DNA from: Deltaproteobacteria bacterium HGW-Deltaproteobacteria-22
GTDB taxonomy: Bacteria > Myxococcota_A > Polyangia > HGW-17
Length of the DNA: 64,000 nucleotides
Assembly (NCBI GenBank): GCA_002841825.1
Contig: PHAZ01000003.1
Span: forward strand, 3,039 to 67,038
Direction: 5' to 3'
Below, piece by piece: positions 1-9,521 of this stretch. Under the pieces are notes generated by a model. The model had not been told where the DNA came from. It saw only the letters and a list, made by a program, of their open reading frames with translations, and ran no database searches. The position numbers and the translations under genes are program-made. How positions within the stretch are numbered: position 1 is the stretch's first letter; each line of letters opens with the position of its first letter.

Positions 1-1894
1 TCTCCATCAAGGTGTCGTAGATGTCGGCCAGCTTCCAGTGAAGCTCCTTGCGGACGGCGTCGTCGGTGGCCAGGTCGATCTTCTTTTCGTAGACCGAGAG
101 CAGGTCTTCCCACTGCTGGCGGGACTGGTAAATGCGCTCGAGGGCGTCCAGGGCGGGCTCGCTGGCATCGTCGATCTCGAGGATCTTCAAGTTGGTGGCC
201 AGCGCCTTCTCGGGCTGCTGGAGCTGGTTTTCCTGGGCCGAGGCGACCACGAGCATCAACTGCATCGCCACGTCCGGATTGGAACAGGCTTCGTAGGCGC
301 TCTCGTAGGCTGCCACGAGCTGGCTCCAGCCGTTGTCCACGGCGCCGGCGAGGCGTTCGCAGGCCTCGCGCAGCGGATCCAGGTCGGGCCCCAGTTTGAA
401 CGCAGCGACGAACCAGCGGAAGGCGCTCTCGCGGTCCTTCAGGTGTTCGTCGAAGATGCGGGCCAGTGCCTCGATGCGGTCGCGCTTGAGCTCGTCGTCC
501 TCGGTGTGGGAGATGCGGATCTCCAGGACCGTGGGCAGCTTCTTGAACTGCTGGGCCTCCTCGTACAGGGCGATCAGGGCCTCGGCGGCCTGCAGGTTGG
601 AGTCCTCAACCTCAAGCACCTTTTCGTAGGCCTTCATGGCGCGGTCGGACTTGTTCAGGTCGGCGTGCCAGATGCGGGCCTCCCGGAACAGCAGATCGAT
701 TTTTTTCGTCGTGTCGGCTTCGCCGTCGGACTGCTTGGCGATGATGCGGATGTACTCCTCCAGTTTTTCCCACTGGCGGAACAGACCCTCCAGTTCGTCG
801 AATTCGCCGGTGTCCACCAGCAGTTTCTTGAGGGCGTCCTGGGCGCGGCGATTCTCGGGCTCCAGGTTGAGCAGCATGCGCCAGATCTCGACGGCGCCGG
901 ACGGGTTATCGAGCTTCTCCTGGATCGTGGGCGCCAGCTTCATGCAGACGGCTGCCTGCCGGACGGGGTCGGTGACCAGGTCCAGCAGCTGGCGGTCAAT
1001 ATCCACCATCTTTTCCCAGTTTTTCTCGCGCTCGTAAAGTTGCTCGAGGTTCTCCAGCGCCTCGACAGAGCCCGGATCCACAGCCAGCACTTCCTCCCAC
1101 AGGGAGATCAGCAGCTCGGGCTTCTTCACGCGGGAGGCCGCCATCTTGGCGATCTCCAGCGTCTTCTCGGCGCGGGCATCGCCATCGGTGATGAAATCGA
1201 GCTCCCGCTTGTGCAGGGCGATCAGGCTCTCGAAGTCCCGTCCCTGTTCATACATTTCCTTGAGGCTCGAGATGGCCTCGCCGTTCTGGGGATCGAGCTC
1301 GAGGAGGGCTTCGTAGGCCTTTGCGGCCTCGCGCTTGTTGTGCAATTTGTCATTGTACAGCCGGGCAATCTCCAGTTGAACCTCGGCCTTGCGCTCTGCC
1401 TCGGCGATGGACTCGAGTCGTTCCTGGTAGAGCTTCACGAGGTCAGGCCAGCGGGACATGCCGGAGATGATCTCCACGAGAGCGCTGAAGGCGATCTCGT
1501 CGGAGGGGGTGATCGAGAGGATTTTCTTGTAGGCGTCGACCACCTTCGGCATCAGTTTCATCTGGTCGCGAAGCACCGGGATCGTGATGTGGAGCAGCTG
1601 CGCCTTCTCCTCGATCATCTCGTCGGGGAGACGCTTGGAGACGTCGTTGAGGGAGTCGACATACTGGTTCCAGCGGGCCGCGTCCTTGTACATCTTGGCG
1701 AGCGCCAGACGCGGGCCGATGGCCGTCTCGGAGGCCTTGACAGCCCGGGTCCAGGCGTCCATGGCGCGGGGCAGGTTGCCCTCGGCTTCGAAGGCCTGCG
1801 CCTTGCCGACCCACTCATTGACCGCGTCTTCAAAAGTCTCGTCCAATTGGATGATCAGATCTTCAATGATATATTCAGCCACGGGAACCTCCAT
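1..1894 (-). CDS. TPR-repeat protein (partial; 3' end runs off the window start)
   Basis: Absent from the ORF track because it has no stop in the window. The reverse complement from ATG 1894 reads MEVPVAEYIIEDLIIQLDETFEDAVNEWVGKAQAFEAEGNLPRAMDAWTRAVKA... and stays open to base 1. It has repeated ~34-aa helical A/L/Y/W-rich units (e.g. ALDALERIYQSRQQWEDLLSVYEKKI) and GC-rich third positions. The listed + ORF 38..1966 is its mirror image. Confidence 0.8.
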   Translation of the reverse strand, partial: MEVPVAEYIIEDLIIQLDETFEDAVNEWVGKAQAFEAEGNLPRAMDAWTRAVKASETAIGPRLALAKMYKDAARWNQYVDSLNDVSKRLPDEMIEEKAQLLHITIPVLRDQMKLMPKVVDAYKKILSITPSDEIAFSALVEIISGMSRWPDLVKLYQERLESIAEAERKAEVQLEIARLYNDKLHNKREAAKAYEALLELDPQNGEAISSLKEMYEQGRDFESLIALHKRELDFITDGDARAEKTLEIAKMAASRVKKPELLISLWEEVLAVDPGSVEALENLEQLYEREKNWEKMVDIDRQLLDLVTDPVRQAAVCMKLAPTIQEKLDNPSGAVEIWRMLLNLEPENRRAQDALKKLLVDTGEFDELEGLFRQWEKLEEYIRIIAKQSDGEADTTKKIDLLFREARIWHADLNKSDRAMKAYEKVLEVEDSNLQAAEALIALYEEAQQFKKLPTVLEIRISHTEDDELKRDRIEALARIFDEHLKDRESAFRWFVAAFKLGPDLDPLREACERLAGAVDNGWSQLVAAYESAYEACSNPDVAMQLMLVVASAQENQLQQPEKALATNLKILEIDDASEPALDALERIYQSRQQWEDLLSVYEKKIDLATDDAVRKELHWKLADIYDTLME

Positions 1895-1989
1895 CGGGGA
1901 AGTGCAGGTTACAAAAACCAAAAACGCAGGTTAATTCAGGAAATCACAAGGCAAAACCTTCGGTAATGCAGGGTTTCGCGAAACCGAGT

Positions 1990-3234
1990 TTATAACATGT
2001 TGACCTTTGCAGGACAACGGAAAAACCTCCTGCGCAACCCTGAAATCACAAGGGCTGGTCCGAGGAGAAATGGAAGATTGATTGTAGTATGTCTTGAGGC
2101 GGGAGAGCGGCAAGCACAGGATGTGGAGTCGCCGGCGGCCGTAATGTCAGGGTCGCCATCCCCGGCGACGTCTCCGGAGAGGTCCGTGGTGTCGGGGAGA
2201 TCCCCGTCCCCGGTGTCGATGTCGGCGTCCGGCACGCCGCCGTCGGGCCCCTCGGCAGGTTCGGGGATGCATCCGGGCTCCCAGGAGCCTGTGGCGGTTT
2301 CGAGCCATTGGCAGACATATTCATTTCTGCAGCCCGTCCCCGGGAACAGATCACTCGAGCATCCGGCCACGCAGGTGTCGCCGTCGTCCGTGCGCATGCA
2401 CACGGTGCCCGAGTAACCTGTACCGGGATGGTCCGGGCAGGCGCTTACGCAGGTGCCTGAACAGGTGCCGCCGGGCCATGTCAACAGGCAGATCGCATTC
2501 TCGTAGCGGCAGTCTTCGTCCTCCGAGCAGGCAGCGCCGATCCAGTTCTCATTGGGCACGAAGGCGTCGGAACAGGTACGGCCGGAGTCGTCCGGTTCCA
2601 GGGTCTGTTCTTCCCAGATCGTGGCTTCGAGCGCAGGGTTGCAGATCCCGGCGAACGGGTCGATCCGGACGTATTGCAGGTCCTGCACCTCAAAATACAG
2701 CCCCTCGGCCACGGCCGCGCCCGTGGCGCCCGAGAGGCCCAGCACGGCCCCGCATTCCACGGTGTCGCCGGTGGTCACGGTCGCCTCGAGCAGGTTGGCA
2801 TAGAGGGTTCGCAAGCCAAACGGATGTTCCAGCAGCACCCAGTTTCCCCAGCCGCCCTGACAGGCCGGATCCTCTGAACTGCAGTCGCCGTGAAGGTCCA
2901 GCACCAGCCCTCCGGCGGCCGCATGGATCAGGGTTCCCGTGGGGCATTGATAATAAATACCTTGACTGTCTTCCTGCGCATCGGGACCGTTGGCTTCACA
3001 GTCGAAGCGACACCCGGCGCCGGTCTGACCGTGCAGGCAGGAGGCGCCGCCGTGGGAAGGGAAATGCCGGATGAAGCCGACATCGACGGGTCGCCGGAAG
3101 GTGTTTCCGGCGTGGGCGGGATCGGGCCCCGCGAAGGAGGCTCCAAGGAGGGCCACCGACAGGAGGAGCGGTCCGGTCAGGAGACGGAGGACTCCATGTG
3201 CCGTGGGGGAAATCACTCGTATTTCACTTTCCAT
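1990..3234 (-). CDS. Secreted LytM/M23-fold protein with apparently degenerate active site, Cys-rich C-terminal half and GC-TM-RRR-type tail
   Basis: 414-aa ORF with signal peptide VLRLLTGPLLLSVALLGASFA. M23-like core: GTLIHAAAGGLVLDL...WVLLEHPFGLRTLYANL...GDTVECGAVLGLSGATG...GLYFEV. Tail is SCACRS + hydrophobic stretch + RRR. An alternative start at GTG 3216 would form a GTGA overlap with the upstream stop. Confidence 0.7.
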   Translation of the reverse strand: MESEIRVISPTAHGVLRLLTGPLLLSVALLGASFAGPDPAHAGNTFRRPVDVGFIRHFPSHGGASCLHGQTGAGCRFDCEANGPDAQEDSQGIYYQCPTGTLIHAAAGGLVLDLHGDCSSEDPACQGGWGNWVLLEHPFGLRTLYANLLEATVTTGDTVECGAVLGLSGATGAAVAEGLYFEVQDLQYVRIDPFAGICNPALEATIWEEQTLEPDDSGRTCSDAFVPNENWIGAACSEDEDCRYENAICLLTWPGGTCSGTCVSACPDHPGTGYSGTVCMRTDDGDTCVAGCSSDLFPGTGCRNEYVCQWLETATGSWEPGCIPEPAEGPDGGVPDADIDTGDGDLPDTTDLSGDVAGDGDPDITAAGDSTSCACRSPASRHTTINLPFLLGPALVISGLRRRFFRCPAKVNML

Positions 3235-4565
3235 CCCAATTGGAAGAGACGCAGATCACCGGCATTCTGGATGGGTGATATTTTTTCATGGCTTAGTTTG
3301 TTAAACCACGATTCCATCTGCTCCCGCACCGATGACTTCTCGACGAGAAACCGGTCCATGTGGATGCGCCGGAGCCAGGTCTCGATCCGTCCGATGTCAC
3401 TGATGCCGGTCTGCCACTCGACCTCCAGCTCCTCGAGCATGCGTGCCGGCAGCAGCACGTGCTCGCCGGGCAGCGGGAATCCGCCGAAGTGCTGCGGCGC
3501 CGCCAGCGGACGCAGGGACAGCAGCAGGGCGTTGCTCAGCAGCAGCGAACTGAGGATGGTCATCTGGGTGCGGTCGGACTGGCCGGCCTCCATCAGTTGG
3601 CTTACCGTCAGGCGGCCGTCGATCCGTCCGAAGAGCTCCATGTCGATGTTCGCCGGCAGCGGCTGGTAGCGCCACCGCGCCACGGGATGGGGCACGAGGA
3701 ACATGCCCGAGGCGATGTTGACGGAGGCCTCCACGATGCCAGAGGTCAGGCGGGCCAGGCCGCTGGACATCAGGTCGCTGAACGAGAACGGAGGCAGGAA
3801 TTCGGGGATCTGGATGGCCTCCTCCTTGAACACATACTCGCCATCAAGCCACTCGAACACATCGAGCAGCTTGATGGCCCATTGGCGGGAGAGCGCCGCA
3901 ACCAGCTCATCCTCTGTCAGCAGGTTCATCCGGACCAGCGCCTGCCCCTGCAGGATGGACTCGGCGTTCATCTTCTTGACGCTCTCTTCGCATGCGGAGG
4001 CCGGAATGACGTTCTCGTCGACGAGCATGCGCCCGAGGAGCTCCTTGGATTTGTTGGACTTCACCTGCAGGGGGAAGCCCGACAGGAAGGTGACCATCTT
4101 CTTGATTTTTTCAGTCTTCAGGTAAAGGTTTCCGGTCATCTGGTGGGAGTGGATCGCCGAAAGCAGGGCGACCCATGAAGCCGGCTCGATCTTGCCCCGC
4201 GAGGCAGGGCGCTCCGGCACCAGTTTCGACAGGTCCACCTGCTGCGTCCGGTTGACGGTGCCCTGACCGGCCCGCTTCTCCATCTCGCCGATGTACAGGA
4301 TCTCGCTGCCGGACTCGATGAAACGCTGCCAGGATTCCTTGCCCAGCGGAAAACGCGAGAGGAAGACCACGGGGCCGATCTCCTTCCGCCAGCGGTCGAG
4401 CATTTCGGCCTGGGAGCAGATCGGGTGCATCAGATCCACGTATACGTCGCCCCGGGGTGCCTCCTTCGGTTGCGTGCCCATCCTGCACATTACGGCCGGT
4501 TTCATCCAGGGCTGCCCGAAGAGCTCCTCGTCCAGGGTGATCACGTAAAAAGACTTGTTCTGCAT
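3213..4565 (-). CDS. DUF4388 domain-containing protein
   Basis: Track ORF 3213..4601. I prefer ATG 4565 (GGAG about 9 nt upstream; MQNKSFYVITL...). The segment MTGNLYLKTEKIKKMVTFLSGFPLQVKSNKSKELLGRMLV fits the DUF4388 pattern common in Myxococcota. The rest is unassigned. Confidence 0.6.
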   Translation of the reverse strand: MQNKSFYVITLDEELFGQPWMKPAVMCRMGTQPKEAPRGDVYVDLMHPICSQAEMLDRWRKEIGPVVFLSRFPLGKESWQRFIESGSEILYIGEMEKRAGQGTVNRTQQVDLSKLVPERPASRGKIEPASWVALLSAIHSHQMTGNLYLKTEKIKKMVTFLSGFPLQVKSNKSKELLGRMLVDENVIPASACEESVKKMNAESILQGQALVRMNLLTEDELVAALSRQWAIKLLDVFEWLDGEYVFKEEAIQIPEFLPPFSFSDLMSSGLARLTSGIVEASVNIASGMFLVPHPVARWRYQPLPANIDMELFGRIDGRLTVSQLMEAGQSDRTQMTILSSLLLSNALLLSLRPLAAPQHFGGFPLPGEHVLLPARMLEELEVEWQTGISDIGRIETWLRRIHMDRFLVEKSSVREQMESWFNKLSHEKISPIQNAGDLRLFQLGWKVKYE

Positions 4566-4669
4566 GTATTTTCGCTCCGTCCAGAGTCTCAGGCCCATCA
4601 CTATACACCATGGTTTTTTGCAGGTACAGGTGCTTTTGCGTCATAAGTGAAGTCGTTATGGAGGGATTC

Positions 4670-6355
4670 ATGCGCGCATTCGTCGCCGGAATCATCTGGC
4701 TTACATGTTGTTTCATTGTGGCGCCCTCATGGGCCAACTCGATCCAGTTGACCTCGAAGGGCAATCCGGGCTGCCTTTCCGCGGCCGAAGAGGCGGCCTC
4801 CGATTTTCCGCCTCCACCGGCGGACACCGGACCGTCAGCCCTGCCGCCCAATCCGGATCTGGCTCCGCCTTCCCCGGATGTCATCCGCTCGGCCATCGAG
4901 GCGGGCTTTGTCCGGATTCCGCGCAAGGGGAGCTGGTTCCGCAGTTACTCGGCTGCAAAGCCGGCCCGCGTGTTCGACACGCCCTCTTCCAAGGGGCTGG
5001 AGCTGGGGCGCATCGAGCCGCGATCGCGCCTGCCGCTTGCGGGCTACGCTGCGGTCAAGGGCAGTGGCTGCAGGGAAGGCTGGCTTCGGCTGGGCCTCTC
5101 GGCATGGGTCTGCCTGTCCGCGTTTGCGCCGGACAAGGAGCTTCCGGCCCTCGACCTGCTGCCGCTGATCCCGGAGAACAGTCTGTTGCCGGGACAGTAC
5201 GCCTACGTGCGCCTGGGCGGGGCCCCCTGGTATCCGAGCCGCGAGGCCGCCAAGCAGAAGAAGCCCGGCGGAACGCATCCGGCCGGCTTCTACCTGCAGT
5301 TCAAGCGTTTCGTGAAGATCGACGGGATCAACTACTGGAAGACCGACAAGAATCAGTACGTGCCGATCGATCAGATCGCCCGGCACATTCCCTCGACCTT
5401 CTCGGGCGTTCCCGTGGACGCCTCGCGGCGCCTGCCGCTGGCCTTTCCGGTGCGCAAGGGCAAGAACCGCGAGAACGTGCCGATCCCGGTCTACGATCGG
5501 CCCGGTGGATCGGTCATCGGTCAGGCGGCGCCGCGCGCGCCGTTGTCGATTCTGGGTGAGAAGAAGGTGGGACGATCGACGTTCTATCGCGTGGAGGCGT
5601 GCCGCTGGATCGCCGAGCGGGACGTGGCCGCGGCGTTTTCCACGGTCGTGCCCGCAGGCGTGCGCAAGGGAGAGAAGTGGCTCGACATCAACCTGAGCCG
5701 GCAGACCCTGGTGGCCTACGTCGAGAACCGGCCCGTCTACGCGACCGCGATCTCCTCGGGCAAGGAAGGCTACCAGACCAAGTCGGGCATCTTCCGCATC
5801 TATTGGAAGGTGACCGAGACGGACATGAAGAACGAGGTCGGCGCCGACGAGCAGTACCTGGCCTCTTCGGTGCCCTGGTCGATGTTCTTCTGGAAGGGAC
5901 AGGCGCTGCACGGCGCGTACTGGCACGACGACTTCGGCATCCCCAAGAGCCACGGCTGCGTCAACCTCGCGCCGCTGGATGCCCGCTACCTGTTTGAGTG
6001 GGCGTCCCCGTCGATTCCGGTCGGTGCGGCCTACGTCTGGTCGGGAGAAAACCGCCCGGGGATCGTGGTGCAGATCCGCAATGCCGACGACGACTCCCCG
6101 ATGGTCTTCGGCTATGCGCGTTCGTTCGTCCCGGCAGACCGCATGCAGGCCATGGACCAGGCCTGGGAGAAAAAACTGGCCGCCCAGAGCCTGGAGGCGC
6201 TGGCCGCCTTCGAGAAGGAAAAGAACGAGACCACAGGGGAAATGAAATCTCCCGCGTCCACCGCACCGTCCACCGCGCCGTCCACCGTGCGAGCCCGCCG
6301 GGATGTCCCCGCGTCGAAGAAGGTCCCCGCGACCATGAAGAACGCCGGAAGATAA
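4670..6355 (+). CDS. L,D-transpeptidase (YkuD domain) family protein, secreted
   Basis: Track ORF 4610..6355. ATG 4670 has GGAGGG 5 nt upstream and yields signal peptide MRAFVAGIIWLTCCFIVAPSWA. Catalytic domain: SGIFRIYWK...ALHGAYWHDDFGIPKSHGCVNLAPLDARYLFEW (His...SHGC motif). The C-terminal tail is Ala/Pro/Ser-rich (STAPSTAPS). Confidence 0.8.
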   Translation: MRAFVAGIIWLTCCFIVAPSWANSIQLTSKGNPGCLSAAEEAASDFPPPPADTGPSALPPNPDLAPPSPDVIRSAIEAGFVRIPRKGSWFRSYSAAKPARVFDTPSSKGLELGRIEPRSRLPLAGYAAVKGSGCREGWLRLGLSAWVCLSAFAPDKELPALDLLPLIPENSLLPGQYAYVRLGGAPWYPSREAAKQKKPGGTHPAGFYLQFKRFVKIDGINYWKTDKNQYVPIDQIARHIPSTFSGVPVDASRRLPLAFPVRKGKNRENVPIPVYDRPGGSVIGQAAPRAPLSILGEKKVGRSTFYRVEACRWIAERDVAAAFSTVVPAGVRKGEKWLDINLSRQTLVAYVENRPVYATAISSGKEGYQTKSGIFRIYWKVTETDMKNEVGADEQYLASSVPWSMFFWKGQALHGAYWHDDFGIPKSHGCVNLAPLDARYLFEWASPSIPVGAAYVWSGENRPGIVVQIRNADDDSPMVFGYARSFVPADRMQAMDQAWEKKLAAQSLEALAAFEKEKNETTGEMKSPASTAPSTAPSTVRARRDVPASKKVPATMKNAGR

Positions 6356-6381
6356 GAAAAAGAGGGAAGAAATCCGACCCG

Positions 6382-6864
6382 TCAGCGGACCCGGAGCAGG
6401 GCATCGCGGACCTGGGCGTCGAGTACGTCGCTGGTGACGTGGCCGGAGGTGAGCGTGAGGATGCGATCGCGGGAGTCGAGCAGGAAGGTCACCGGCACCT
6501 CGCGGATGTGACGCCCGCACATGCCGAACCGGGGATCATGCACGACGCGGAACGGAGGCTTCTCGGCCATGACCCACTCATCCACGACCTTCCGGTCCGG
6601 ATCGGTGAACACCACGATGAACTGTGCCCGTCTGCCGTCGAACCGGGAGGACACCTTCATGAAGCGACTCCACTGGGCCTGGGACTTGAGGGACCAGGTG
6701 GTGAACACGCCCACGACGCGGACCTTTGCGTCGGCGTAGAGGTAGGCAGGAAGGGCCGAACAGGGGATGGGCTTTTCGAGCCGGCCCGCCACGGCAGGCC
6801 TGGCCGGCCTGCAACCCGCCAGTCCGATCATTCCCGTAATAGCAAGCAAGAAAAAATGGCGCAT
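6382..6864 (-). CDS. Thioredoxin-fold (TlpA/redoxin-like) lipoprotein lacking the CxxC cysteines
   Basis: 160 aa with lipobox LAGC. Redoxin-like strand/helix pattern: VVGVFTTW-SLKS-QAQW, FIVVFTDPD, PFRVVHDP, VPVTFLLD. The position of W-C-x-x-C reads W-S-L-K-S. Confidence 0.55.
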   Translation of the reverse strand: MRHFFLLAITGMIGLAGCRPARPAVAGRLEKPIPCSALPAYLYADAKVRVVGVFTTWSLKSQAQWSRFMKVSSRFDGRRAQFIVVFTDPDRKVVDEWVMAEKPPFRVVHDPRFGMCGRHIREVPVTFLLDSRDRILTLTSGHVTSDVLDAQVRDALLRVR

Positions 6865-6868
6865 GGGG

Positions 6869-7822
6869 CTAGCGTGTGCAGTGGGCGCCGATGTCCAACT
6901 GGGCGCCCCGACCGGTGCAGCGGGTGAAGCCGAGCTCGGTGCAGTTGACGAGGAAGTACGTGCCGTCGAGGCAGACCCTGGCGGTGAAGTCGTCGAGGCA
7001 GTCCTCCTCGCCGAGCTCGCACTCGGTGCCGGCGGCGTTGCAGGAAGGGCCGTTGACCGTCATCACGCAGGTCTTGTTCCCCGGGAGCTGGGAGCAGTCC
7101 ACCTGCTGCACGACACCCAGTCCGCTGCAGTCGGTCTTGAGGTTGCCGCTGCAGGTGCCTTCGTACTCCGCGGGATCGCACTGGGCGCCCTCGCCCATGC
7201 AGAAGGGCTGGAACACGTTTTCTTCGGTCTGGAGCAGGGTGCAGGGCAATCCCATGACGGTGCAGTCGGTGGTGTTGATGTAGCCGTTGGCGCAGACCCG
7301 CTGCTTGTCCCCGTCGCACAGCGGCTCGTACTCGCCTTCGGTGCAGGTGTTGAGCGAGCACTGCGGATTGCCGTCGTCGCCCATGACGCAGGTCATGCCG
7401 CTGTCACGGCAGTTCATCGCGTACATCTGGCGGTTGAAGGAGTCGCACCAGTACCGGACGTCGCCTTCGCAGCGGCCCTTGTTCGTGGAAGGATCACACG
7501 TGACGGGCAGGGCGCCGTTTCCGAAGCACTGCTTGACGGTCGTGCAGTTGCCTTCGGCGGCGAGCACGCAGCTGTAGATCTCGTTCCAGATCGCCTGCTG
7601 GTTCTCCACCGCGGTCTGCTCGTAGTGGGAGGTCACGCACGGCGAGATGTAGCCCAGCGGCATCACGTCGCAGGCATCGCGGATCAGGCAGGCGTTGAGC
7701 ACCTCGGCATAGCCGAGCAGTTGGTTGTTGTTGGTGTTGTTCGTGGTCTTCTTCTTGGAGTCCGAGCAGGAGACCAGCCAAACGGGGATAACAATCAGGA
7801 AAAGAAGAAAAGTACGTTTCAT
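6869..7822 (-). CDS. Cysteine-rich lipoprotein, function unknown
   Basis: Track ORF 6869..7861. The ATG at 7822 gives MKRTFLLFLIVIPVWLVSC (lipobox). It has about 36 Cys in repeated C-x-G-[DN]...C...C...G..C modules and a poly-Asn/Thr linker. Confidence 0.7.
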   Translation of the reverse strand: MKRTFLLFLIVIPVWLVSCSDSKKKTTNNTNNNQLLGYAEVLNACLIRDACDVMPLGYISPCVTSHYEQTAVENQQAIWNEIYSCVLAAEGNCTTVKQCFGNGALPVTCDPSTNKGRCEGDVRYWCDSFNRQMYAMNCRDSGMTCVMGDDGNPQCSLNTCTEGEYEPLCDGDKQRVCANGYINTTDCTVMGLPCTLLQTEENVFQPFCMGEGAQCDPAEYEGTCSGNLKTDCSGLGVVQQVDCSQLPGNKTCVMTVNGPSCNAAGTECELGEEDCLDDFTARVCLDGTYFLVNCTELGFTRCTGRGAQLDIGAHCTR

Positions 7823-7976
7823 GGGGGAGGAATAATAGTCGGATCCACCCCCCCAAAGCAAGCGGGGATTCCAGGTTCCTTCGTTTGACCGTGGACTTTT
7901 GGACGACCATCGGCTATAAACTCAGGCCCGGCAGCGGAGGGACAGACGCCCCCGGCCGTCCAGTGAGGTGGTGACC

Positions 7977-8282
7977 ATGGCATATTATTGTTTCAAATGC
8001 GGCAACGAAGTCGAGTTCGCCGTCAAGGGCGGCATCATGGTTGGTCGCCTCGACGCCTGTGAACACTGCGGTGCGAACCTGCACTGCTGCAAGAACTGCG
8101 TGTTCTACGATCCGGGCCTGCACAACCAGTGCCGCGAGCCCCACACGGAGTTCATCCGCGACCGCGAGGAGCCGAACTTCTGCAGCAGCTACGAGTTCCG
8201 CAATGACGACACGGCCCCCAAAAAGGTCTCCCTCGACGCCGCCAAGTCCAAACTGGCGGATCTGTTCAAAAATCTCAAATAG
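7977..8282 (+). CDS. Small zinc-ribbon protein, function unknown
   Basis: ATG 7977 is preceded by GAGGTGG. MAYYCFKCGNEVEF...CEHCGANLHCCKNCVFYD...C has multiple CxxC pairs. Third positions are GC-rich. Confidence 0.6.
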   Translation: MAYYCFKCGNEVEFAVKGGIMVGRLDACEHCGANLHCCKNCVFYDPGLHNQCREPHTEFIRDREEPNFCSSYEFRNDDTAPKKVSLDAAKSKLADLFKNLK

Positions 8283-8405
8283 GCGGAAAAGTCCGCAACT
8301 TCCCGCTGGCCGGGACGATAATGGTTGCCGTGAGGTGAAGACGCCCTGTCGCGCTCGTTTCTTGTCGCGCAACAGGGATCCGGGTCTGCACTTTCAGGAG
8401 ATCCC

Positions 8406-8720
8406 ATGCGTGTTGAGCTGCCGCCCCCCCGTCAAGAGACCCTTCGCCCGCAGGACGTGAGCCGTCGCACCCCGGTGCGGACCGCCCGTCCCGGCCCGGT
8501 GCCCGGAAAAACCCCGTTCGAGCGCGTCTGCGTGGAGTTGATGGCCTCCGAGCGCGCCGTGCAGACGGTGATCCTGCGGCTGCAGTCGGGGCGTCAACTG
8601 TCCCCGGGCCAGCTGCTCGAAGCGCAGATGGCGGTGTACCACAACCTGCAGCGTGTGGAGTTCCTCTCGAAGTGCCTGCAGGCCGCCCAGAGCACGCTGC
8701 AGCAACTGCGGCAGGGGTAG
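8406..8720 (+). CDS. Hypothetical small protein with helical C-terminus
   Basis: AGGAG lies 6 nt upstream of the ATG and GC3 is very high. The N-terminus is Pro/Arg-rich and disordered. The C-terminal heptad-like helix is LLEAQMAVYHNLQRVEFLSKCLQAAQSTLQQLRQG. The gene sits directly upstream of the tolQ-like gene. Confidence 0.5.
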   Translation: MRVELPPPRQETLRPQDVSRRTPVRTARPGPVPGKTPFERVCVELMASERAVQTVILRLQSGRQLSPGQLLEAQMAVYHNLQRVEFLSKCLQAAQSTLQQLRQG

Positions 8721-8799
8721 GGGCTCCAACCAAGGCCCCAACCAGCCATTGACCGGAAGGAGCGCTTCCATTATACAGGGGGGGGAGTTTTCACCACCG

Positions 8800-9507
8800 A
8801 TGAACCACCTGATCCTGCTTGCCGCCCAGACCGAAAAACTGGATATCATCAAAATGATTCTCGCTGCGCGTGGACTGATCCTGCTGGATCTGATCGTCCT
8901 GCTCGCGTTCTCGGTGCTGACCTGGTACATCATCGTGTACAAGGGTCTCTTCTATTACCGCTCGAACCGCAACAACGAGGCGTTCCTGAACATGTTCCGC
9001 TCCGGCGCGACGCTGGATCAGGTCCACCAGTACTGCGAGTCCAATCCCGCCTGTCCCCTGGGCAATGTGTTCTCGGCAGGGTTCCGCGAGCTCGTGAAGA
9101 TCAAGGCCCGTGAGGAGTCCGGCGAGTCCGGCACAGGTTCGATCACCTCGGCCAATCTCGAGCGCTCGCTGCGCCGCTCGGCCATGGTGGAGATCACCAA
9201 TCTCGAGAACCAGCTGCCGCTGCTGGCCACGATCTCGGCCACCGCGCCGTTTCTGGGGCTGTTCGGCACCGTCTGGGGCATCATGGAGAGCTTCTCCACC
9301 ATCGGGTCCCTGGGCAACACCACCCTGGCGACGGTGGCCCCGGGCATCGTCGACGCGCTCGTGACCACGGCCCTGGGACTGATCGCGGCGATCCCGGCCA
9401 CGATCGCCTACAACCACTTCCTGCGCAAGGTCCGGCTGCACGTGGCGGACATCGAGTCGTTCGCCAACGACTTCCAGAACATCGCGCACCGCAAGTTCCT
9501 GCAGTAA
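8800..9507 (+). CDS. MotA/TolQ/ExbB family proton-channel protein
   Basis: Track ORF 8653..9507. ATG 8800 gives MNHLILLAAQTEKLDIIKMILAARGLILLDLIVLL. The family signature is present: LATISATAPFLGLFGTVWGIMESF...VAPGIVDALVTTALGLIAAIPATIAYNHF. Confidence 0.85.
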   Translation: MNHLILLAAQTEKLDIIKMILAARGLILLDLIVLLAFSVLTWYIIVYKGLFYYRSNRNNEAFLNMFRSGATLDQVHQYCESNPACPLGNVFSAGFRELVKIKAREESGESGTGSITSANLERSLRRSAMVEITNLENQLPLLATISATAPFLGLFGTVWGIMESFSTIGSLGNTTLATVAPGIVDALVTTALGLIAAIPATIAYNHFLRKVRLHVADIESFANDFQNIAHRKFLQ

Positions 9508-9521
9508 TCGGGTTAGTTGCG

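Noticed and set aside
38-1966. 642-aa + strand ORF, the longest call at the left edge of the track
   Set aside because: The translation is low-complexity (L/G/V/D/Q-rich) with no motif. The opposite strand reads as a clean TPR protein with an ATG at 1894 and proper codon bias, so this is an antisense shadow ORF.
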